Program-made: the position numbers and the translations under genes
Origin: a virus
Taxonomy: Duplodnaviria > Caudoviricetes
Virus record (IMG/VR): IMGVR_UViG_3300022752_000016
Strand: one strand, 5' to 3'
DNA length: 64,000 bases
In this document: positions 39,266 to 47,366 of the stretch, in pieces
Layout: each line of letters opens with the position of its first letter
How positions within the stretch are numbered: the first letter of the stretch is position 1
The notes under the pieces: generated by a model
Told to the model about the DNA's origin: nothing
The model's database searches: none
Seen by the model: only the letters and a program-made list of their open reading frames with translations

Positions 39266-42200
39266 GTTCTATAATAAAAGGCTTAGTCAACGAGGATGAA
39301 GCTGCTGGTATGAGGTGGGAAGAGGAACTTATGGATGCTTGGGCACCCTATGCTGCCAAGCATATGGCTAAAGTCGTAAAGCAAGCTTTCAACAATCTTT
39401 ATCCAAATGTAAAATTAAAAGTTTGGGCGGAAGCTGAAGGAGTCTCAGCAACCACTGATCCAGCCAGTGTTAATGTCAAAGCCGATGTGTTTGGACAATA
39501 TGGAAAAAAAGATTGGGAATGTAATTTCTTTTGTGGACCTTTATATAATGTAGAGGATGATCGTAAATATCTTGAACTAATGGTTGAAGATGCCGCTAGC
39601 GGAAGTTATCCTGGTGTATGGAGGATAATACTTAGTGAATGGAAAAAATGGGCTAGTAGCCAATTAAAAAAAACTGGTGCTGATGATGTTTGTTTCAGTG
39701 TAGATGAAGACATGAGCGGCGGTGCGTGGGGGAAAGTTGCTGGTGCTGTTGGTATTAAATTTATAGCACGTGACCTAGATGAAGGTGTGGCGGAAGGCTC
39801 AGGTCCAATAAGTAAAACCAAAGCACTTAACGCACTAAGAAAAGAACTAATGAATTCATATGAGTATATGAAATGTGGGAATTTGGAAGAATTTAAACAA
39901 AGATTACAATGGCTCAGTGAAGGAATGTTGAAGAATCACATGACTGGTGGAAAAACAACAGCAATTAACCAGAAAGAAATTGAACTATATAAGGAATATC
40001 GTAAAAAACGAGAACAGATTCAACAAGGATTTACATCGCAAGGTGTGGCGGAAGGCTTAACCCCGAGTATTATACACAAATTAGCAGACCGTAAAGGAAT
40101 CAAATGGGACAACGAGCCAAGTTTTCTTAAACTTACAAAAAGATTAACAGGCAAAGAACACCTAGACGATTTGGATCAAACAGAGTTACAAAAAGTCAAA
40201 CAACATTTAGAAAAGCAAGATGTGGCGGAAGCGTTAAATTATGATAGAGAACCTTTGTATCATGCTACATTAAAAGCATTTGAGCCTAGTATCATAAAAT
40301 CAGGACTACTACCAGGCGGTAATTTAAGAATGTTTGACTGGAGTGACAAAAAGTATGTATACCTTAGTAACTATCCTGACATAGCACGAGATTTTGTTGA
40401 TCCTGGAGTAATAGAACCAAGTCAAGAACACGAAGACCAAATATTTAAATTAATGAAACAGGGCGGTGTTATATTTAAAATAGATCAAAATAAATTAGAC
40501 AGAAAGTTATTAATGTCTGATCCACATTTTCAAAGTGACGCAGATGATGGTGCAGAAACTTATGTATATAGTGGTATAATTTCACCAAGTGCTATAATAG
40601 GAAAAAAGTATTTTAGAATAGATGAATCAGTTGGGGTAGAAATGGTATTGGACAAGGTGAATGGTATGGCTGAAAGTAATAGATTATATAAGTATCATCA
40701 AAAATTAAGAAAACAAGCTGGATTACCTGATCCACAAGAATACTTAAGAATGCAGAAACAAAAATTAATTGAACTAATATTACTTAATGATCCTAACCAA
40801 GAATTAAACGTATTAGAATTAGCAACAATACCTGAGTTAAAAGAAATATATCAAATGATTAAAAAAGTTGATGAAGATAATACATATCAATTTGCTGCTG
40901 AAAAGACTCCAGTAATTAGTCCATACGTAGGCGTTAAAGATAATCAATTTCGTGGTGCGATTGGTGAAGGTATAAGAAGTATGTTTGAAGAACCCAACCA
41001 TAGTCCAACTGATGCAGGGTACCAAGAAGGTGGTTGGAGAGTAATGTATAAAGATGAGATGAATGAAGATTTACGCAAATGGTTTAAAGAGAAATGGGTA
41101 AGATTTGGACCAGATGGTAAGATTCGTGGTGCATGTGCTAGGGGTGATGATAGTGAGGGCAAGCCAAAATGTTTGCCACAAAGTAAAGCACATAGCTTAG
41201 GCAAGAAGGGTCGTGCTAGTGCTGCTTCTAGAAAGCGTAGGGAAGATCCTAACCCAGAGCGTAGCGGCAAGGCAATAAATGTTGCTACAAAAAAGAAAAA
41301 ATCCAATGAGGGAAGTAATATGTATGAAGCAAGTGATATCTCAGGTTTATTGGCAGCTAGTCATTTAAATAAATCATTTATTATAACTGCTATTACAGCA
41401 GAAGGACAAAAAAAGAAATTTCGTGTAAAAGCACAGAATGAAAGAGTTGCTAAAGAAAAGTTTCTAAAGCACCATAGTATGGCAAAAATACTTGATATAA
41501 AAGAAGAAAATATGCAAGAAATGCAAGGTTCTTCAAACGTTACTGATTTAAATATTAAACAATTAGCTACTATTAGTGATGAAGCATTAGACAAAGCATA
41601 TGGTTATGGTCGTAGTACTCCAGGAAATTCATTTGGTTGGCAAGCTAATTTAATGTCAGCTGCCTATGCTAAAAAAATGATAGATGCTGGTATAACGGAT
41701 ATTGAAAAAATAGCGGACGCAATTCACAAAGGTTGGAATGTTACCGCACAAAAGTTTGTGCAAAATCCTGATCAGTTTGATGATACAGAAAAGTTACGTC
41801 AAGCAGGAAAGCTTGATGCCAAGTTACAACAACGTGCAAAATTAATGAAAATTAATTATTCCCAACTTGACAATGATGAACAAGAAAAAGACCGTGTAGT
41901 TGCTAGAGCATTATTAAAAGCTATAAAAGGTCAACAAAATGTGACTGAAGAAAAATGCCCACATTGTAGTGGTCCAATGTTTGAAATGAGTTTAATGAAT
42001 GAAAAGAAAGATGCATGTTATTACAAAGTTAAAAGTCGCTATAAAGTATGGCCATCAGCATATGCCAGTGGTGCTTTAGTTAAGTGTCGTAAAAAAGGTG
42101 CTAAGAATTGGGGCACTAAATCTGAAAGTTCAATTATGAAGGGTTTACAAAGTGAAGGTCAGATTTATAGCACTGGTGGGGGAGCAGGACAAGCGCAACG

Positions 42201-42321
42201 TTATTATACTCCAAAAGATAATTTAGGTGAAGAACAACTGGATGAATTAAAATGTTGGCCTGGTTACAAGCGTAAAAAAGGAGTTAAAGCAGGAGCCTCG
42301 GGTAGTTGTGAGAAGATATAA
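39262..42321 (+). CDS. Mosaic 1019-aa polyprotein; putative capsid-internal/injected effector array
   Basis: Unrelated modules joined at VAE|G, VAE|A, MAE|S, VDE|D, MNE|D and similar sites; contains ART-like and RyR-like modules and small Cys/basic modules. Confidence 0.75.
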   Translation: MSSIIKGLVNEDEAAGMRWEEELMDAWAPYAAKHMAKVVKQAFNNLYPNVKLKVWAEAEGVSATTDPASVNVKADVFGQYGKKDWECNFFCGPLYNVEDDRKYLELMVEDAASGSYPGVWRIILSEWKKWASSQLKKTGADDVCFSVDEDMSGGAWGKVAGAVGIKFIARDLDEGVAEGSGPISKTKALNALRKELMNSYEYMKCGNLEEFKQRLQWLSEGMLKNHMTGGKTTAINQKEIELYKEYRKKREQIQQGFTSQGVAEGLTPSIIHKLADRKGIKWDNEPSFLKLTKRLTGKEHLDDLDQTELQKVKQHLEKQDVAEALNYDREPLYHATLKAFEPSIIKSGLLPGGNLRMFDWSDKKYVYLSNYPDIARDFVDPGVIEPSQEHEDQIFKLMKQGGVIFKIDQNKLDRKLLMSDPHFQSDADDGAETYVYSGIISPSAIIGKKYFRIDESVGVEMVLDKVNGMAESNRLYKYHQKLRKQAGLPDPQEYLRMQKQKLIELILLNDPNQELNVLELATIPELKEIYQMIKKVDEDNTYQFAAEKTPVISPYVGVKDNQFRGAIGEGIRSMFEEPNHSPTDAGYQEGGWRVMYKDEMNEDLRKWFKEKWVRFGPDGKIRGACARGDDSEGKPKCLPQSKAHSLGKKGRASAASRKRREDPNPERSGKAINVATKKKKSNEGSNMYEASDISGLLAASHLNKSFIITAITAEGQKKKFRVKAQNERVAKEKFLKHHSMAKILDIKEENMQEMQGSSNVTDLNIKQLATISDEALDKAYGYGRSTPGNSFGWQANLMSAAYAKKMIDAGITDIEKIADAIHKGWNVTAQKFVQNPDQFDDTEKLRQAGKLDAKLQQRAKLMKINYSQLDNDEQEKDRVVARALLKAIKGQQNVTEEKCPHCSGPMFEMSLMNEKKDACYYKVKSRYKVWPSAYASGALVKCRKKGAKNWGTKSESSIMKGLQSEGQIYSTGGGAGQAQRYYTPKDNLGEEQLDELKCWPGYKRKKGVKAGASGSCEKI
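39782..40234 (+). repeat. 18-bp direct repeats AAGGTGTGGCGGAAGGCT at module junctions (39782-39799, 40040-40057; variant AAGATGTGGCGGAAGCGT at 40217-40234)
   Basis: Two exact copies and one 15/18 copy, GC-rich against an AT-rich background, all in the same frame (G/D-V-A-E-G/A). Confidence 0.9.
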
Positions 42322-42322
42322 T

Positions 42323-42733
42323 ATGAGAGCAAAAGAGTTTATTACCGAAACAATAGTAAAACCAGTAGATCCTATCACTAAAATTCAGCGTGATAAACCA
42401 CGTCAACCACCAACACATTTAAGTAAATTAAAAAAGCCAAGTGAACCTGCTGCTAAAATAAGTTTTGCACATGAATTAGAAAAATACAAACGATTACCTG
42501 AGGGCAATGATGAAGAATTTCACACAGGTGGTAGTCCAGGAATTCCTTTCCCTACAACATATGAACAAGAATATAAACCATTTACGCAAAAAGGACAAAG
42601 AAGAATTACAGCAATGACTAATGAAGAACAAGTTGATGAAAAATGGAGTAATAAGTATAAGCGTAGTATAAATTGTAATAATCCAAAAGGGTTTAGTCAA
42701 CGTGCTCACTGCCAAGGGAGGAAAAAGAAATGA
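42323..42733 (+). CDS. Putative capsid internal protein
   Basis: Starts MRAKEFITE|T; C-terminal basic Cys module 'EKWSNKYKRSINCNNPKGFSQRAHCQGRKKK'. Confidence 0.7.
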   Translation: MRAKEFITETIVKPVDPITKIQRDKPRQPPTHLSKLKKPSEPAAKISFAHELEKYKRLPEGNDEEFHTGGSPGIPFPTTYEQEYKPFTQKGQRRITAMTNEEQVDEKWSNKYKRSINCNNPKGFSQRAHCQGRKKK

Positions 42734-42780
42734 TTGATTATAGTTTTTATTGGAATAGAAAAGGATATCCGAGGTAAATT

Positions 42781-43224
42781 ATGTTAACAGATTCATTAAA
42801 AGTTTTATTGGCAACAAGTTATGCTTTTGTAATTAAAGCACAAAATTTTCATTGGAACGTAGAGGGTCCAAATTTTCCTGAGTACCATAAGTTCTTGGGA
42901 GATTTATATGAAGAAGTGTACGAAAATAGTATTGACCAAACGGCTGAGTACGTTCGTGTACTTGGAGCTTATACTCCTGGCTCTATTAGTCGTTTCGCTG
43001 AATTAAGCCAAATACCAGATCAAACAAAAATTCCACGTGCAGAGTTAATGTTTGTAGAATTACAGCAAGATAATCAAACAATTACTAATATGTGGAAAAA
43101 AGCATTTCATCTTGCAGAAGAAGCTGATGAACAAGGTATAGCAGATTTTATAGCAAGTAGAATTGATGCACATGGAAAACATGGTTGGATGTTAAAAAGT
43201 ATTTTGAAAAGGGAAAGAGCATGA
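42781..43224 (+). CDS. dps: Dps/ferritin-like DNA protection protein
   Basis: 'HWNVEGPNFPEYHKFLGDLYEE...DQTAEYVRVLG' ferroxidase motif; 'HGKHGWML'. Confidence 0.9.
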   Translation: MLTDSLKVLLATSYAFVIKAQNFHWNVEGPNFPEYHKFLGDLYEEVYENSIDQTAEYVRVLGAYTPGSISRFAELSQIPDQTKIPRAELMFVELQQDNQTITNMWKKAFHLAEEADEQGIADFIASRIDAHGKHGWMLKSILKRERA

Positions 43225-43640
43225 AATATTTTATGGATTATGTTAAGGCTAGTTACGAAGTCATATTAATGGGCGAATGTAGAACTGGAATTAACTTAGA
43301 CCATGAAATAGAAGCATATGTTGTACATACATATGCACGATATATGGAAAATCCTAATATACCTACTGATTCTATTGCTATACAATTTATGAATTCTTTA
43401 TCATGTAATAATATTGAAAAAATTAAACGTTTAGAAAAAGTAGCAGAAGAGTCAATGTTAATAGATGCTTTAAAATTAAATAAAAAACGTTGGCCAACCA
43501 ATACATATTTCTTAGAAATGGCACAACTTGCTTTAGAAACTAGAGCATTTACTACCAAACCATATGAATTATTTTATAATCAAGTTGCAAAACAATTACC
43601 AAATATAAGTAAAATATTAGGTAGTGTAAACAATATCTAA
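43221..43640 (+). CDS. Hypothetical protein
   Basis: ATGA-coupled start at 43221; 139 aa. Confidence 0.7.
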   Translation: MKYFMDYVKASYEVILMGECRTGINLDHEIEAYVVHTYARYMENPNIPTDSIAIQFMNSLSCNNIEKIKRLEKVAEESMLIDALKLNKKRWPTNTYFLEMAQLALETRAFTTKPYELFYNQVAKQLPNISKILGSVNNI

Positions 43641-43663
43641 TGCAACCTATCTATCCAAAAAAA

Positions 43664-43671
43664 GATAAATA
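43664..43671 (+). promoter_or_regulatory. Late promoter-like GATAAATA
   Basis: 5 nt upstream of 43677. Confidence 0.55.
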
Positions 43672-43676
43672 TTTAA

Positions 43677-44372
43677 ATGAGAGCAACAGAATTTATTTTT
43701 GAAAGAAAAAGATCAAAAAGAAAATCTTTAAGAAAATACTTTTTTCCAGGCTTTTCTTATTATGGTTTTTCAGGGTCAGGAGAAGACAGTGGAGGTGACG
43801 GAGGAGGTGAAAGCATTTATGAAACACCTGAATTAGAGTTAGCGAAACGTTTACCTAGTTTATCCAAACATGATTATAATACAATTGATAAATTAATGCG
43901 TGAAATTAGTAAAAAACATAGTATTACTGGAAAAGCTTTACATAACTTGTTTGTAAAGAAATATCATAAAACACCAGATGATTGGATAAAAAATAAATTA
44001 GATGAAACCAGTACCGATAATACTATCACTGATGATGTACAAAAATTTGGCCAATGGGCTAGTAAAATACTTAAATTACAGAATCCACCTGCAATTAAAT
44101 TAAGTCAGGACACTGGAGAGGCACAAACTCATCATCATACAGGAAGACATGTGGATGGTGAAGATAGTGTTTGGGTATATGTAAGAAATAGAAATTTAGT
44201 TGATATTCTTAGAACAGTATTTCATGAACTTGTACATGTAAGACAAGGTGAATTGGGTAAGATTAAACCTGGTTCTAGTTATCCAGGTAGTCCAATTGAA
44301 GCCGAGGCCGATGTTTTAGCAGGGAAGTATATTAAAATATACGGTAAAGAAAACCCACATATTTTCCAATAA
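43677..44372 (+). CDS. Putative capsid internal protein with C-terminal zincin-like (HExxH) domain
   Basis: Starts MRATEFIFE|; 'LRTVFHELVHVRQ...IEAEAD' (HExxH plus downstream E). Confidence 0.7.
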   Translation: MRATEFIFERKRSKRKSLRKYFFPGFSYYGFSGSGEDSGGDGGGESIYETPELELAKRLPSLSKHDYNTIDKLMREISKKHSITGKALHNLFVKKYHKTPDDWIKNKLDETSTDNTITDDVQKFGQWASKILKLQNPPAIKLSQDTGEAQTHHHTGRHVDGEDSVWVYVRNRNLVDILRTVFHELVHVRQGELGKIKPGSSYPGSPIEAEADVLAGKYIKIYGKENPHIFQ

Positions 44373-44672
44373 TTAATTACTTTTTATTTCATCAAATGAT
44401 TTAATAATTTCTAATTGAGAAGGATCATGTTTTTTATTATATGGAACAGGAAGTGATTGCCATTCTTGCTCACTAATATCACAAGCTATAACCACCTGAT
44501 ACTTATGTCCATCACTTGTATATAGTTCAATAGTATCCAGTCCAATTACTGATTTACTTGTTTTTATTAATGCTTCACCTAAGGCTCTGAGTGCCTGTTT
44601 TTCTCCAACAATATATGCTCTACCATTTGGTTCTGCATGATTATGCATATGTAATCTTGATTTAACTTGCAT
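44373..44672 (-). CDS. Hypothetical protein
   Basis: 99 aa; overlaps the DnaE-like stop on the same strand. Confidence 0.65.
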   Translation of the reverse strand: MQVKSRLHMHNHAEPNGRAYIVGEKQALRALGEALIKTSKSVIGLDTIELYTSDGHKYQVVIACDISEQEWQSLPVPYNKKHDPSQLEIIKSFDEIKSN

Positions 44673-46389
44673 TTAATAAATCTTTCAAACTTAGTCGTTT
44701 ATGTTTCTTAACTGTAACATATTCTGTGTTGTTTTTGTAGCCTAATTTACCCACACCCCATACTATTGGGTAATCATGTAAACTAACCGCTTTATCTAAT
44801 ATAACATCAATATAACGATTATTACCTGTTCCTAAGGTAACGAATGTAATATATTCTTTTGGTTTACTTTTAAATACACGATAATTGGCTACTAGTCCAC
44901 AAAACTCTACCTCACCTGGTTTCCTCAACTCAGTACAAAAAGGTAAAAACTTTTTACTATGCCAATGACCCTGTGTCATTAATTCATTGATTTCATTGCC
45001 TTCGTACACACTTGTTATTGCCCCTGCCAATTTGGCCTCATGATGGTATACCCAACGGCTATAACTACCTTGGCAATGTTTCAAAACAGCACGCCAAAAC
45101 TTTTCAGGATTATGTGCTTTTTGATACGCAATTGCCCATATCAAACGTCCTAAATTAATCGCATGTGCCCTACATAATCCAAAATTACTTAATTCTGTTA
45201 ATGCATAAAAAACTTCTTCTTTGTTTTCATGGTTACCTATCAAATCCATAAACTCAAATATTTTTTCTTCATTACGTTTAGCAAAGGCACGACGCCACAT
45301 ATCTGCTTCATATTGGTTACAATCTAATAGTTTACTAATTAACATGATTGCATCATCTTCAAACACAATAGTATTATCAAATGTGTCTTTGCTCCAATCA
45401 CGGAAAAAACTGGCTTTGCGACGACCTTGTGTGGCAACTGGTCTAATTAATGCTGTAGCTAATACACAATCTTCACGTTTGGTTGGTTTTATAGCCCTAA
45501 ATAATCTACGCATTGCAGGACTCTCTGCCTGTGTGACTCCCAAAACGTTACCGCTACGTAATAACTCAGCAGTTTTTTCATCATATTCAGGATAGTCCAA
45601 CAAGTTTTTTGTAGGGTCTATTTCATAGAGTTGAGATAGTCCTCGATTGGATAATATGTCAATTTTAAAATGTTCTAAATCTTCAATTTCATATTTGTCT
45701 AATAGTATTTGGTTTTCTGCATTGATTAAACTTTTCGGGACAGCACGATCAAATATTAATATACCACCACAATGTTTACTGATACAACGTTTTTTACCTA
45801 ATAATTTATTAACCAAGCGTTTTGCTTCATCAGCAAATTCTGGTACAACTTTGTCTAAATCTATATTTCTAGGTAATCTACCCTTCGCACCATATCGTTT
45901 TGCTGCCTCACGTATGGCACTTTTCTCTTTATATGTAACATAATTGCTTACCCGTGCTGATTGACCTTTCCAATGATTAAAGATACGATTCATCACTGTT
46001 TCTTGTTGATAATGCGGGAAGTCTAAATCAATGTCTGGTAAATCATCACGTTTTGGGTTCATAAAACGTGCTAATGGTATTTTTTCTTTAATTGGATCAA
46101 CATCACTAATACCAAGTAACCAACATAATAAACTACTTCCTGCACTACCACGAGTCATATGTGGTATATCTTTAGTTAATTCTAATATTTCTACTACACG
46201 TAAGAAGTGTTTTGCGAAACCTAATTTTGCTATGAGTTCTAGTTCTTCTTCTAACCTATTTTCGTATTCTATGTCGTTTGGTAAATTTCTTGTAAATTTC
46301 TTTATTAATATTTCTAGTTCTTTATATCTACTTTCCATATTTGTGCCTATTGTATGTGCCATAAGTTTTTTATTTATTTGGTAAAACAA
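44662..46389 (-). CDS. dnaE: Miniature family-C DNA polymerase (DnaE core plus OB fold, no PHP domain); true start may be 46362 or 46338
   Basis: 'TRGSAGSSLLCWLLGI..VDP', catalytic 'PDIDLDF', 'SKHCGGILI', 'KIDILSNRGL', 'GVTQAES', 'FGLCRAHA' and a C-terminal OB-like region. Confidence 0.85.
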   Translation of the reverse strand: MFYQINKKLMAHTIGTNMESRYKELEILIKKFTRNLPNDIEYENRLEEELELIAKLGFAKHFLRVVEILELTKDIPHMTRGSAGSSLLCWLLGISDVDPIKEKIPLARFMNPKRDDLPDIDLDFPHYQQETVMNRIFNHWKGQSARVSNYVTYKEKSAIREAAKRYGAKGRLPRNIDLDKVVPEFADEAKRLVNKLLGKKRCISKHCGGILIFDRAVPKSLINAENQILLDKYEIEDLEHFKIDILSNRGLSQLYEIDPTKNLLDYPEYDEKTAELLRSGNVLGVTQAESPAMRRLFRAIKPTKREDCVLATALIRPVATQGRRKASFFRDWSKDTFDNTIVFEDDAIMLISKLLDCNQYEADMWRRAFAKRNEEKIFEFMDLIGNHENKEEVFYALTELSNFGLCRAHAINLGRLIWAIAYQKAHNPEKFWRAVLKHCQGSYSRWVYHHEAKLAGAITSVYEGNEINELMTQGHWHSKKFLPFCTELRKPGEVEFCGLVANYRVFKSKPKEYITFVTLGTGNNRYIDVILDKAVSLHDYPIVWGVGKLGYKNNTEYVTVKKHKRLSLKDLLNAS

Positions 46390-46402
46390 CGAACCAAAAG
46401 AT

Positions 46403-46431
46403 TTGTAAAAACTACAGAAACAAAGTATAAT
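46403..46431 (+). promoter_or_regulatory. Sigma70-like promoter TTGTAA-N17-TATAAT
   Basis: Perfect -10 and near-consensus -35 upstream of the replication operon. Confidence 0.6.
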
Positions 46432-46455
46432 TACATAATACTATAAGGATATTTT

Positions 46456-46713
46456 ATGTCAAGAACTTTTACTGGTGAAGCAAAAAATAAATTAACCCAA
46501 CTTATTAATGAAGGTTGTGCAGTGATGCATGAAATTGAAACATTGCAAGGTGGGCTTAGTGATACCATTAAAGCTGTAGCAGAAGAATTAGAAGTAAAAC
46601 CAAGTGTGCTTAAAAAAGCTATTCGTATCGCTCATAAAGCTAATTTGGGTGCTGCAAATAAAGAACACGAAGAACTCAACGAAATTTTGGAAACGGTTGG
46701 AAAAACACTTTAA
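46456..46713 (+). CDS. Double-stranded DNA-binding protein (T4 DsbA-like)
   Basis: Small helical protein '...EIETLQGGLSDTIKAVAEELEVKPSVLKKAIRIAHK', DsbA-type pattern. Confidence 0.65.
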   Translation: MSRTFTGEAKNKLTQLINEGCAVMHEIETLQGGLSDTIKAVAEELEVKPSVLKKAIRIAHKANLGAANKEHEELNEILETVGKTL

Positions 46714-47366
46714 TGAATTTTGAGTTTAAATTATTTCCTAATATTGGTTACATGATAATCAAATTATCAGAACATGAATTACGTCCAATAAAAGAAGAAG
46801 TTAAAAAAATTAAAAACAATTTAAATAATTATCCAAAGTATAATAGTTCTTTAGCCGGTAATATAGAGTATGAATACCAATTAAAACAATCGTTTGATTA
46901 CTCTGAAAACTTATTCTTACCTTATGTGCAAAAATATATTGATTATTATAATATACTATACCACTATCGCCATTATGGATCAGATCAATATATTAGACTT
47001 TATGATATTTGGGTAAATTTTCAGAAAAAATATGAATTTAACCCTATGCATGAACATTTTGGTATATTATCGTTTGTTATTTGGATAAACGTGCCATATA
47101 CTTTGGAAGATGAAATATATAATGGAATTTCAAAAATATCAGCAGCACCTAGTGCAGGATCTTTTGAATTTGTGTATGTTGATACCTTAGGTAGAACACA
47201 AACTATTGTATTACCTGTGGGGAAAGACTCAGAAAATACCATGATTTTATTCCCAAGTAACTTTATTCATCAAGTATATCCATTTTATAATTCTAATGGA
47301 CTTAGAATAAGTGTGTCAGGTAATTTTGTTTTAGCTAAAGATCCATATGAAAAAGTTCGAAAATGA
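46713..47366 (+). CDS. Putative 2OG-Fe(II) oxygenase
   Basis: 'EFNPMHEH...LSFVIWINVP', 'ILFPSNFIHQVYPF', 'RISVSGN'. Confidence 0.8.
   Translation: MNFEFKLFPNIGYMIIKLSEHELRPIKEEVKKIKNNLNNYPKYNSSLAGNIEYEYQLKQSFDYSENLFLPYVQKYIDYYNILYHYRHYGSDQYIRLYDIWVNFQKKYEFNPMHEHFGILSFVIWINVPYTLEDEIYNGISKISAAPSAGSFEFVYVDTLGRTQTIVLPVGKDSENTMILFPSNFIHQVYPFYNSNGLRISVSGNFVLAKDPYEKVRK

Noticed and set aside
24407-46389. Split or trans-spliced DnaE formed from the 169-aa and 575-aa ORFs
   Set aside because: Both contain the same GRGS/TRGS region, so they overlap rather than complement each other; no intein N- or C-terminal motifs were seen.
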